From contig VFKP01000008.1 of NCBI GenBank assembly GCA_009885495.1, forward strand, positions 1 to 42,084: a DNA stretch of 42,084 bases. The letters are read 5' to 3'. The stretch is from Gammaproteobacteria bacterium (GTDB lineage Bacteria > Pseudomonadota > Gammaproteobacteria > UBA1113). The notes below the pieces were generated by a model. The model was not told the DNA's origin and did no database searches. It was given only the letters and a program-made list of their open reading frames with translations. This document shows positions 10,077-19,051 of this stretch, piece by piece (the first letter of the stretch is position 1; each line of letters begins with the position of its first letter). A program made the position numbers and the translations under genes.

Positions 10077-11175
10077 CTAAACTTGCGCTTTTAAACTCGC
10101 CTCAATAAACACATCGATATCTCCATCGAGCACCGCCTGTGTATTCGCCACTTCCACTCCCGTACGCAAATCTTTGATACGCGAAGCATCTAGAACATAC
10201 GATCGAATTTGATTCCCCCAACCAATCTCTGTTTTGCTTTCTTCCAGAGCCTGTTTTTCTTCATGACGCGATTGCATTTGTCGTTCATACAATTTAGCAC
10301 GCAATTGCTTCATCGCTTGAGCACGATTCTTATGCTGTGAACGATCGCTTTGACACTGTGCCACTACTCCTGTGGGAATATGAGTCATGCGTACAGCAGA
10401 ATCCGTTTTATTAATATGCTGACCACCCGCACCCGAGGCTCTATAGGTATCGACTTTGATATCACTGGGATTAATATCAATCACAATATCATCATCGATT
10501 TCAGGAGAAACAAAAACGGCCGCAAAAGAAGTATGGCGGCGATTGCCTGAATCAAAAGGAGATTTACGCACCAAGCGATGCACGCCAGTTTCTGTTCTCA
10601 GCCAACCATAGGCATAAGGCCCTTCAATCCGGACTGTAGCACCGCGCAGACCCGCTACATCACCCGCTGAAGCTTCTAAAAGCTCCATTTTAAAGCCATG
10701 ACGTTCGCCCCAGCGCAGATACATGCGTAACAGCATTTCTGCCCAATCCTGAGCTTCTGTGCCCCCAGAACCTGACTGAATTTCTAGAAAAGCATGATTG
10801 GCATCCATTTTTCCAGAAAACATACGTTGAAATTCAAGAGTCATGACCTTAGCCTCTAAATCAAGTACATCTTGCCGCAAGGCCTGCACGCTCAGATCAT
10901 CATCCTCGCTATTGGCCAATTCTAGGAGCACATCTAAGTCAGCCAATTTAACTTCTAATTCATCTAAAACACCGACCAAATGGCTGAGTTGAACTTTTTC
11001 CTTATTTAAGCTTTGCGCTTTGTCAGGAGTTGCCCAAAGCTTATCGCTTTCTAATTCTCGCAAAACCTCATCTAAACGATCGACCATTAAATCGTAGTCA
11101 AAGATACCCCCTAAGCGCGGTTTCGCGGGCTCGTAAATCGGCAATTTTTAATAAATCTGCATTAATTTCAATCAT
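10077..11175 (-). CDS. prfB: Peptide chain release factor 2, requires a programmed +1 frameshift
   Basis: Frame 0 reads [25 protein letters not shown] then TGA. The +1 frame continues [12 protein letters not shown]... into the 355-aa ORF. SPF and GGQ motifs are present. Confidence 0.95.
11097..11118 (-). promoter_or_regulatory. prfB: prfB programmed +1 frameshift site: AGGGGG (SD-like) TAT CTT TGA C
   Basis: The reverse complement reads CTTAGGGGGTATCTTTGAC, the same slippery-site architecture as E. coli prfB. In-frame TGA at 11098..11100, CTT at 11101..11103. Confidence 0.9.
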
Positions 11176-11568
11176 ATATATCTCAGCGCCTATTTGGCGA
11201 TCGGCCGGTACAATAGGGTCTCTCTCCCAGTAGCCTGAAAGGGGAGAAAGGCGATAAATCCTTTTTCTGCTCTTATTTTGATCTATCTTATTTACAGGTC
11301 ATAACAAATCAACTATAAATACGATAGTGCCTTTGATTATCTCAGCACTGAGCATAGAGTGCAAGATAAACAGCAGAGTTTTGAGCCTGAAGATTGACTC
11401 AATAAAGTCTTCTCAAAAAATGAAAAATAGGATATTAGTGAAAATGCTCAGGATAGATGAATCTAAAAATTTAACTCCAGCGATGGCTATGGCAAACTGT
11501 AGATCTTTATGGAGAATATGGAGAATTAAGATTATCTCTCCTTCGCAGCTGGCGTATAGGAGAAATTC

Positions 11569-12585
11569 ATGATCCTAATACGCTATGTACGGCCTGAAGA
11601 TTCAGCTGCAATTGTAGAGCTTATCCGCCCCACTGCCCCTGAAATGAATTCTCCTGAACATCTAAAACAAATGGTCAAGGATAAATTAGAACATGCCCTT
11701 GTCAGTATCCAGCTCAGCACTGCCCATCACGAAAAAAAATTCTATGCTCTTGTCATGGAAGATATGGACAGCGGTAAATTAATGGGTCTGGCCACCATGA
11801 GCTCTGCCGCTGGACATGATTTTGCATTTTACTCTTATAAAGTCACGCATATTAAGAAATTCTCTCATGATTTAGCCATTTTCAAAGAATTAGAATTATT
11901 ATTTTTATCAAATGATTATGAAAATTATTCAGAACTCTACTCTTTTTATTTAGACCCACAGTATCGCAAGCAAGATTTAGGAAGGATGTTTGTTTTAGCT
12001 CGTTTATTGTTCATTGCCGAGAACCCTGAGTGTTTTGACAGCATGCTCATCGCTCAATTACGAGGGATTACGGATGAGGGTCATGATTCTCCTTTTTGGC
12101 GAGGTTTAGGCCTTCAATTTTTCGGCATTCCCTTCCAAGAAGCTTATAGTTTAACGCAATTGGGTAAGAAACAGTTTATTTCTGATTTGGTACCTCGTCA
12201 TCCCATTTACACACAATTACTCCCTGAATTTTCAAGAAGCGCCATTGCACAAACACATCCCAATGATGAAGTCCGACGAAAAATTTTAGAAAGCGAAGGT
12301 TTTTCTTTTAAAAATCATATCAATATCTTAGACGGTGGTCCCATCTTAGAAGCCCCCATTTCCTCGCTTAAAAGTATTAAAAACAGCCTCGCCGTCCGAG
12401 TAGAGAATATCACCGCTCTTGGAGAGGAACCCCTGCATTTGGTCTGCAGCTTTGCAGACCAGCTTAGAGCCATTCGTGTTCCCATCAAGTTTCATTCCCC
12501 TGAGAGCATCAGTTTATCGCCTGAAGCGGCTAAACTCTTAGAGGTAGAAATTGGAAGCCCTTTGCGAATTGTATTGTTTGAATAA
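11569..12585 (+). CDS. Arginine N-succinyltransferase (AstA) family acyltransferase, stand-alone
   Basis: Alignable by eye to E. coli AstA (LFLSNDY..SEL..FYLDP, SPFW..LG..FF, RHPIYT..LP, GGP.LEA). AGGAG SD upstream. No other ast genes are nearby. Confidence 0.75.
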   Translation: MILIRYVRPEDSAAIVELIRPTAPEMNSPEHLKQMVKDKLEHALVSIQLSTAHHEKKFYALVMEDMDSGKLMGLATMSSAAGHDFAFYSYKVTHIKKFSHDLAIFKELELLFLSNDYENYSELYSFYLDPQYRKQDLGRMFVLARLLFIAENPECFDSMLIAQLRGITDEGHDSPFWRGLGLQFFGIPFQEAYSLTQLGKKQFISDLVPRHPIYTQLLPEFSRSAIAQTHPNDEVRRKILESEGFSFKNHINILDGGPILEAPISSLKSIKNSLAVRVENITALGEEPLHLVCSFADQLRAIRVPIKFHSPESISLSPEAAKLLEVEIGSPLRIVLFE

Positions 12586-12693
12586 CAAGATCTAGCCAGG
12601 ACTCGAGCTTCTTCTCTAGAAAAGCCCATTACACTTCAAGATGCGAGATCCGTCATTGCGAACGGAGTGAAGCCATAGATCTAAATGTCCACT

Positions 12694-13584
12694 CTAATCC
12701 TGATTCACCACACCGCTTTTCACGATGATTTCGGGTTTCTGATCAGAGGTATTGTTTGTAGGGGCATCCGGATCACCATTTCTCTTGTCTTGTAGCGTTT
12801 GATACGCTTTTTCAGGATTGGCCGCCGCCACCGCCATCTGTTCCTTGAGCAGTTTGCGTTCGCGTTGTTCTAATAGGTACGATAAAAATCTAGAAGAAAC
12901 GCTGAAATCTTTTGGGAAATCCAAATACACATAATGATTATCATCACTGTACTGAGCTAAACTGGCGAAGGTATCGGCCTGTAAATGTCCATCGACTGAA
13001 CCCGCAGACAAGGCATGAATAGTTTTTGCATCATAGCAAGGTGTCATTTTAGCTTGATCTTGCCAAGGAGCCAGGCGCATTAATAAATGCTCGGGATCAG
13101 CATGCCCTGCATAATAATTCACAAAAACAGGGGAGTTATTGCTGATCTCCGTTTCACATAAAACTTCTTTATTGGGAACAAAAGCCTCTTTAAAATCTTT
13201 GGGATATTCGATGTAAATAGATTGATCTCGATTGCTTAAGCGATCCCAAGTTTTGCTTTCATAGCGTTTGGCCCTCTCATCCCAAGTAATCGCAATTAAT
13301 TTTTCATCTGAAAAACAACGTTTGTCCTGAAGTTCTTGACCTGCAAAAAGAGTGCCTAAACGATGTGCCGCGGTTAGATCTTTCAAATAAAAACTCACCG
13401 TTTGATCACTGTCTAGGGCAATATTCAAATCGCAAGAAACCGCAGTCTCTAGGACTTCATCACAATCTAAAAGCTGACGCTGCAATGGGTCGGTACCCAT
13501 GGGGCAAAAGATCTTCGCCCCTGCCGAAGCACTGAAGAGTAACAGACTAAAGCCTATAAATGTGATGATAATTTTTGTGTCCAT
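12694..13584 (-). CDS. Secreted Cys-containing hypothetical protein with an internal duplication
   Basis: Signal peptide MDTKIIITFIGFSLLLFSASAGA/K. Repeated block IYIEYPKDFKEAF / VYLDFPKDFSVSS. No family recognised. Confidence 0.55.
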   Translation of the reverse strand: MDTKIIITFIGFSLLLFSASAGAKIFCPMGTDPLQRQLLDCDEVLETAVSCDLNIALDSDQTVSFYLKDLTAAHRLGTLFAGQELQDKRCFSDEKLIAITWDERAKRYESKTWDRLSNRDQSIYIEYPKDFKEAFVPNKEVLCETEISNNSPVFVNYYAGHADPEHLLMRLAPWQDQAKMTPCYDAKTIHALSAGSVDGHLQADTFASLAQYSDDNHYVYLDFPKDFSVSSRFLSYLLEQRERKLLKEQMAVAAANPEKAYQTLQDKRNGDPDAPTNNTSDQKPEIIVKSGVVNQD

Positions 13585-13620
13585 TTAATGTATCCTTTAG
13601 AAATGTCTCTTGCAAATCTT

Positions 13621-13712
13621 GCCCACTCCCCGGGACCTCAGTACTGTCTGAAGCTTAACAGAATACTCCCCTCCCCCAGTATTCTGGGGGAGGGGTTGGG
13701 GGAGAGGGTGTT
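13621..13712. repeat. REP-like element (inverted orientation relative to 13882..13975)
   Basis: CAGAATACTCCCCTCCCCCAGTATTCTGGGGGAGGGGTTGGGGGAGAGGGTGTT. Its reverse complement matches the family consensus AACACCCTCTCCCCCAACCCCTC... Confidence 0.75.
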
Positions 13713-13881
13713 TAAAAAGTACGGCCTCTTTCGCTGAAAGTTTCCACTATCTCAGTCTACGATAGCTATTATCTCTTCAAGATCTATTTATTCCAAACTC
13801 AAAAATCTAAGTTCCTAAAATAGACTCCATATTTTGGAGTTATAAGGATAGTGTGATCATCTATTAAAAATCTTATATTTT

Positions 13882-13975
13882 AACACCCTCTCCCCCAACC
13901 CCTCTCCCGGAGTACCGGGCGAGGGGAGTTTCCACTTCTCGCGAACAATACTGCAGAGTACCGGGCGAGAGAGGT
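13882..13975. repeat. Two tandem REP-like units just downstream of the prmC stop
   Basis: AACACCCTCTCCCCCAACCCCTCTCCCGGAGTACCGGGCGAGGGGAGTT followed by ...CTGCAGAGTACCGGGCGAGAGAGG. Hairpin CCCTCTCCCGG/CCGGGCGAGGG. Confidence 0.8.
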
Positions 13976-13988
13976 TAATGGATCACTT

Positions 13989-14813
13989 TTACACAAGCCT
14001 CCCCACACTCCAACGCGGTTTTTCAGCATAATCATTGTAGGTTTTAACGTCTTTAAACCCAGCACCTTTCAACAGATCAGAAACAGCACAGCCTTGTTCA
14101 AATCCATGTTCCACTAATAATGTACCCTCTGCTCGTAAATACTGGGGAGCCTGTTCAATGATATGCGTCAAATCACGCAAACCTGCATCAGCGGATACCA
14201 ATGCTTGTTTAGGCTCAAAACGCAGATCGCCCTGGCGCCAATGAGGATCTTCTTCAGCAATATAGGGAGGATTAGCTAAAATCAGATCGAAACAACGCCC
14301 TGATACCGCTTGATACCAATCACTTTGCAACCATTCTATCTGTGGGCAGGATAACATTTCGGCATTCTTTTTGGCAAGCACCAAAGCTTCTGCCGACTGT
14401 TCCACCGCACAAATCGACCATTGTGGTTTCTCATGGGCAATGGCTAGCGCAATGGCACCACTGCCAGAGCCTAATTCTAAAATGTCTAATTTGGAATGAG
14501 ATTCGTACTCTTTAAAAAGCCAGGCCAACCAACATTCTGTATCAAAGCGAGGGATCAATGTAGAGGGATCGACAAAAATAGGTAAAGACCAAAATTCTTT
14601 AGTTCCTAAAATATAAGCGATGGGCTCACCAGCCGCTCGACGGACCAGCCATAAGCGATAATGATTTTCCAGATCGTCCGTAATTTTTTTTTCGGGCCAA
14701 GTCATTAAATAAGCGCGATCCTCTTGCAAAACCTTCGCCAATAAGACTTCGGCTTCAAAACGTAAAACCCCCAAAGCTTCTGCTTCAAACAATAGTTCGC
14801 GAATACTGGCCAT
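13989..14813 (-). CDS. prmC: Release factor glutamine N5-methyltransferase
   Basis: NPPY motif (LILANPPYI) and SAM motif ILELGSGSGAI; downstream of prfA. Start re-set to MASIRELL (ATG 14811..14813). Confidence 0.9.
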   Translation of the reverse strand: MASIRELLFEAEALGVLRFEAEVLLAKVLQEDRAYLMTWPEKKITDDLENHYRLWLVRRAAGEPIAYILGTKEFWSLPIFVDPSTLIPRFDTECWLAWLFKEYESHSKLDILELGSGSGAIALAIAHEKPQWSICAVEQSAEALVLAKKNAEMLSCPQIEWLQSDWYQAVSGRCFDLILANPPYIAEEDPHWRQGDLRFEPKQALVSADAGLRDLTHIIEQAPQYLRAEGTLLVEHGFEQGCAVSDLLKGAGFKDVKTYNDYAEKPRWSVGRLV

Positions 14814-14873
14814 TAGATTTTGGCTTCTCTTAACAGAAGGCGGGGCACGACAAAGCACAGATTTGGATGCAGG

Positions 14874-14951
14874 TTACACGCAAAATTCAGCGAAAAAAGC
14901 GGAGTTAACAGAGTCGTTAATGAGCATTTTTTTGACGAATTTTGCGTGTAA
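14874..14951. other. Perfect 15-bp inverted repeat (TTACACGCAAAATTC / GAATTTTGCGTGTAA) with a 48-nt loop, in the prfA-prmC spacer
   Basis: Arms at 14874..14888 and 14937..14951, read directly from the sequence. Confidence 0.6.
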
Positions 14952-15000
14952 GATACGCCAAATATCGGCTTTGCTGGAAAAGAGGCCTGAGTACTGGCCA

Positions 15001-16086
15001 TTAGTCTTCTGCCAAACTCGCTAACTGTTCAGCCTGATATTCTGTTAACAAGGGATCAATGATCTGATCTAAGGCACCTTCCATAATGTCTTGTAATTTA
15101 TATAAGGTTAAATTGATGCGATGATCGGTGACCCGACCTTGAGGGTAATTATAAGTGCGAATGCGTTCAGAGCGATCACCGCTGCCGACCAATAACTTTC
15201 GGGTTTGCGCTTCTTCTTGGCGTTGTTTTTCTTGCTCGGCCATCAATAATTTAGCCTGCAATAAAGACATCGCGCGAGCGCGATTTTTATGCTGCGATCG
15301 TTCATCCTGACATTCCACCACCACACCTGTGGGTAAATGAGTGATCCGAATAGCAGAATCAGTTTTATTGACATGTTGCCCACCCGCGCCAGAAGCTCGA
15401 TAGGTGTCTATCTTTAAATCGGCCGGATTAATATCAATTTGATCGATTTCTTCGACCACCGGTAAAATAGCAATGGTACAAGCCGAAGTGTGCACTCGTC
15501 CTTGGGCTTCTGTTTCAGGAACGCGTTGTACTCGATGCGCACCGGATTCAAATTTTAATTTAGAATACACCCCTTGACCACTGATCTTAACGATCACTTC
15601 TTTATACCCTCCTTGCTCACCCAAGCTTTCACTGATCAATTCACATTGCCAATGTTGAGTCAGCGCAAAACGCGTATACATGCGGTATAAATCACCGGCA
15701 AACAGCGAAGCTTCATCGCCACCAGTACCCGCTCGTACTTCTAAATAAACATCTTTATCATCATTGGGATCGGCCGGTAAAAGCAAAAGTTGCAGATCTT
15801 TTTCTAAGATCTCCATCAAAGCTTCTGCTGTTTTCAATTCTTCTACGCCCCAGGCTTTCATTTCCGGATCGCTGGATTTTAACAGTTCCTTAGCCGCTTC
15901 AATGTCTTTTTCGGTCTGCTGATATTTTGAAAAGGCGCCTGCAACAGGGCCTAATTGGGCATATTCTTTCGATAATTTTCGAAATTCATCTTGAACTGAA
16001 ATGATTCGAGGATCACTGAGTAAGGCAGACACTTCTTCATGACGTAAACGCAATTGATCCAATTTACTCAATAAAGAAATTTTCAT
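15001..16086 (-). CDS. prfA: Peptide chain release factor 1
   Basis: [14 protein letters not shown] (PxT tripeptide region) and GGQ motif; ATGA overlap with the hemA stop. Confidence 0.97.
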   Translation of the reverse strand: MKISLLSKLDQLRLRHEEVSALLSDPRIISVQDEFRKLSKEYAQLGPVAGAFSKYQQTEKDIEAAKELLKSSDPEMKAWGVEELKTAEALMEILEKDLQLLLLPADPNDDKDVYLEVRAGTGGDEASLFAGDLYRMYTRFALTQHWQCELISESLGEQGGYKEVIVKISGQGVYSKLKFESGAHRVQRVPETEAQGRVHTSACTIAILPVVEEIDQIDINPADLKIDTYRASGAGGQHVNKTDSAIRITHLPTGVVVECQDERSQHKNRARAMSLLQAKLLMAEQEKQRQEEAQTRKLLVGSGDRSERIRTYNYPQGRVTDHRINLTLYKLQDIMEGALDQIIDPLLTEYQAEQLASLAED

Positions 16087-17321
16087 GCCAAACCCAACAA
16101 GTCTTTCGCTAAATTAAGCCACTCACTATCTTTTTCAAATCGCGCTTGATTTAAAGTCGCGCTGGGTTGATGCATAATTTTATTGGACAAGGCATGTGAA
16201 AATTGAAGTAAGACAGTTTCTGCTGCCACGCCTTCGAGCAATTGCTGTAAGGCTTTTTGTAATTCCTGTTCACGCAAATCATCAATTTTACGACGATACA
16301 CACGGATGATTTCATTGAACTCAACATTTTCTAGGCGCTTTTGATAACGTTGGCTATACTGCTTAATCTGTTCTTCTGCTAAAGCCGCGATTTCTTCGCG
16401 TTTCATTTGGTTGGCATCGATGATCGCATGAATATCATCTAAATTATAGAGTTGGATCTCTTTCAGATTAGCCACAGAAGGTTCGACATTCCGAGGTAAA
16501 GCCAAATCCACACAATACAAAATAGACGATGTCCGCTCTGCGATAAGTTTTTTAGCCATCATTTCAGTGAACAAAGGGGTTCGACTCTCAATTGCAAAAA
16601 TAGCCAAATCACAGTGTTTTAAAGCCCTTTCAAGATCGGAGAACTCCAAAATGCAGGCTTTAGGCGCTAAAGCCCGCGCATGCTCTGCCGTACGATTGAC
16701 TATCGTTAAATTTAATTCTGGCCATTCATTCAGATAAGGCAGCAAATCAGAGATGATTTCCCCTGCACCCACCAAAAGCAGATTGGGATTGTCTACACCC
16801 TGTAAACATTGCTTAATTTTCAATGAAGTTAAATAAGAAACCGAAATGGCATAACGTCCTAAATCCGTGTCTTGGCGTATGGCTTTAGCATGATTAAAGA
16901 TTTGCTGAAAAAGATGATTTAATTCAGGACCGGCAGCTCCCAATTCCAAAGCCCGCGCAAAAGCCTGTTTGACCTGGCCTAAGATTTGCGGTTCTCCTAG
17001 AACTTGAGCGTCTAAACCCACCGCCACACGTAACAGATGCTGAACCGCAGCTTCTCCGCTATAAAGATAAGTGTATTTTTCATATTCGCTTTCTGCTGCG
17101 TGATGCTGCTTTTGCATCCAATGGCCCAAACGTTGGCCATCATCTGCAATAGCATAGAGTTCACAGCGATTACAAGTAGAAATGATGACCGCTTCTAGGA
17201 TACCTTCTTCACTTAGAATCGATTGCAATGCCGCTGGAAGACGTTCATGGCCAATCATCACTTGTTCACGCACTTGCAAGGATGCGCTACGATGATTCAT
17301 GCCATAAACATATAAATTCAT
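16083..17321 (-). CDS. hemA: Glutamyl-tRNA reductase
   Basis: STCNRCELY active-site Cys motif and NADPH fold LLVGAGE; hemA-prfA-prmC order. Confidence 0.95.
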   Translation of the reverse strand: MNLYVYGMNHRSASLQVREQVMIGHERLPAALQSILSEEGILEAVIISTCNRCELYAIADDGQRLGHWMQKQHHAAESEYEKYTYLYSGEAAVQHLLRVAVGLDAQVLGEPQILGQVKQAFARALELGAAGPELNHLFQQIFNHAKAIRQDTDLGRYAISVSYLTSLKIKQCLQGVDNPNLLLVGAGEIISDLLPYLNEWPELNLTIVNRTAEHARALAPKACILEFSDLERALKHCDLAIFAIESRTPLFTEMMAKKLIAERTSSILYCVDLALPRNVEPSVANLKEIQLYNLDDIHAIIDANQMKREEIAALAEEQIKQYSQRYQKRLENVEFNEIIRVYRRKIDDLREQELQKALQQLLEGVAAETVLLQFSHALSNKIMHQPSATLNQARFEKDSEWLNLAKDLLGLA

Positions 17322-17337
17322 AGAAAAATCCTAAGAA

Positions 17338-17364
17338 ATAAAAAAGACGCGATAAATCGCGTCT
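17338..17364 (-). terminator. Rho-independent terminator of rplM-rpsI
   Basis: The minus-strand RNA reads AGACGCGAUUUAUCGCGUCUUUUUUAUUU, 27 nt after the rpsI stop. The stem-loop (17345..17364) is identical to 408..427. Confidence 0.8.
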
Positions 17365-17390
17365 CTACGAAATTTGAAGAGCGAATACTC

Positions 17391-17843
17391 TTAACGTTTA
17401 GAGTATTGGCAACGCTTACGCGCTTTACGAAGACCGACTTTTTTACGTTCCACTCGACGAGCATCACGAGTCAAATGATCGCCTTGGCGCAATTTTTGTC
17501 TGAAAGTCAGAGGCCCTTCTTCACCCTCAGCGGTCGCTGCTTTAGAAATAGTACCACCTTCTTCATCATAAACGACCAATGCTCGAGCTAGGCCTAAGCG
17601 TACTGCCCCAGCCTGTCCCGTTAAACCACCGCCTTTGACAGTCACTTTGATGTCAAAACGATTTTTCATGTCCACTGCATCCAAGGGACGTTCAATGATC
17701 ATCCGAGCGGTTTCTCGTGGGAAATAATCCGCTAATTCCCGATCATTGACGGTGAACTTTCCTTCACCTTTGGATAAAAATACACGAGCAACACTCGATT
17801 TGCGTCGACCGGTTCCATAGAAATACTTTTTACTCACTGCCAT
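17391..17843 (-). CDS. rpsI: 30S ribosomal protein S9 (with about 18 extra residues near the C-terminus)
   Basis: [14 protein letters not shown] ... [23 protein letters not shown]. Start re-set to [10 protein letters not shown]. Confidence 0.95.
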   Translation of the reverse strand: MAVSKKYFYGTGRRKSSVARVFLSKGEGKFTVNDRELADYFPRETARMIIERPLDAVDMKNRFDIKVTVKGGGLTGQAGAVRLGLARALVVYDEEGGTISKAATAEGEEGPLTFRQKLRQGDHLTRDARRVERKKVGLRKARKRCQYSKR

Positions 17844-17847
17844 AATC

Positions 17848-18285
17848 TTAATCCGTCTCAATAGTTAATACTTTAGGTTGCTGGGCTGTATGATGGTGGG
17901 TTGCACCCGCATAGACTTTCAGCTTACGCAGCATGGCCCGCCCCAGAGGGTTATTCGGCATCATCCCTTTGACCGCCTTTTCCAAGACTTTCTCAGGAGA
18001 TTTGGCCAACAACTTTTCTAAAGTAATACTCTTGATGCCACCAGGATAGCCAGTGTGCCAGTAATACTTTTTATCGGTCATTTTTCGACCTGTTACACCG
18101 ACTTTTTCAGCGTTGATCACAATAATGTAATCCCCAGTATCTACATGGGGGGTATAAATCGGCTTATGTTTGCCACGCAAACGATGGGCAATTTCGCTGG
18201 CCAGGCGACCCAGAGTTTTATTGGTCGCATCAACAAGATACCAATCTCGCTCAACCTGGTTTGTTTTGGCGCTAAATGTTTTCAT
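17848..18285 (-). CDS. rplM: 50S ribosomal protein L13
   Basis: [20 protein letters not shown] matches the E. coli L13 start [20 protein letters not shown]. The ORF-track start is over-extended. Confidence 0.95.
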   Translation of the reverse strand: MKTFSAKTNQVERDWYLVDATNKTLGRLASEIAHRLRGKHKPIYTPHVDTGDYIIVINAEKVGVTGRKMTDKKYYWHTGYPGGIKSITLEKLLAKSPEKVLEKAVKGMMPNNPLGRAMLRKLKVYAGATHHHTAQQPKVLTIETD

Positions 18286-18545
18286 CAATTCTTTCCTACC
18301 GTAAAATCCCAATCGACTGAAGCTCGTCTTTCAGAACTGTTTTTGCACAAAATTATCTATTTCAAGGTCTTAGTCCAAAAATCAATCAAATCGCTCATAG
18401 GACAGGACCGAAGACCCGCCATTCTACAAAATATTGGGGCAAGATACAAGGGGATAAGCCCTGATTTTCAAAACTATCTTACAAAAGCCTTTATTTGACG
18501 TATCCCTTCCAAAAGTTAGGGGTTAAAACTCATATAAAATTTCGT

Positions 18546-18588
18546 AACCCTCTCCCCATCTCCCGGAGTACCGGGCGAGAGGAGCTTT
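18546..18588. repeat. REP-like element, single unit
   Basis: AACCCTCTCCCCATCTCCCGGAGTACCGGGCGAGAGGAGCTT, same family as 13882..13930. Confidence 0.75.
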
Positions 18589-18615
18589 CAATTGCCCTGC
18601 GATTTGAAAGAGAGA

Positions 18616-18933
18616 CTATTTGACAATCAAATTATTGTGCACAACCTTAACCCCATCTACTTGAGCGGCCACTTCTCCAGCATGACGGACCTCTTCAGGA
18701 TTAGACACAAAACCGCTCAGCTGTACCGAACCCTTGAAAGTCTCCACACTAACACTACTGCTGGATATTTCCTTATCACTGAATAAAGCCGTTTTCACCT
18801 TGGTGGTAATGGCACTATCATCGATGTATTCACCCGTACTTTCTCGTGTCGGGGTGGCATGACAGGCTACAAGGGCTACGAAAAGCAAGAGGCCCATAAA
18901 AAAAGACAGTGTTCTTCTAAGATTTGAGATCAT
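18616..18933 (-). CDS. BON-domain lipoprotein (OsmY-like)
   Basis: Lipobox LVAC after a hydrophobic N-terminus. BON-like pattern DSAITTKVKTALF...VSVETFKGSVQLSGFV...V.NNL. AGGAG SD. Confidence 0.7.
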   Translation of the reverse strand: MISNLRRTLSFFMGLLLFVALVACHATPTRESTGEYIDDSAITTKVKTALFSDKEISSSSVSVETFKGSVQLSGFVSNPEEVRHAGEVAAQVDGVKVVHNNLIVK

Positions 18934-19051
18934 GGTTAACTCCTAAGTAAAATGGTTTTGAGTGAGCTTATTATTCACTAAATGGCAGAGTATTTGCAAG
19001 TGAACTGTTCAGACCATTTCTCCAGAAAAGCACCTATTTGGCGCATCCTCC

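Noticed and set aside
11327-11572. 81-aa ORF upstream of the astA-like gene.
   Set aside because: It begins with a GTG, not an ATG, in an AT-rich spacer and has no SD. Its composition is Ile/Lys/Ser-rich, and it overlaps the astA-like start. More likely a promoter or 5' UTR region.
13989-14858. Over-extended N-termini in the ORF track: prmC 14858, waaC 28010, sdhD 7437, sdhA 6994, rpsI 17861, rplM 18312, pilU 38765, nucleosidase 32627, kinases 24030 and 25552, waaP fusion 26940.
   Set aside because: Conserved protein N-termini, SD positions and ATGA/TAATG stop-start overlaps all support the downstream starts. The extensions overlap the upstream genes.
14813-15001. 62-aa ORF filling the prfA-prmC spacer.
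   Set aside because: It is read through the 15-bp inverted repeat, has no SD, and ends by overlapping the prmC start. It is treated as non-coding structured spacer.
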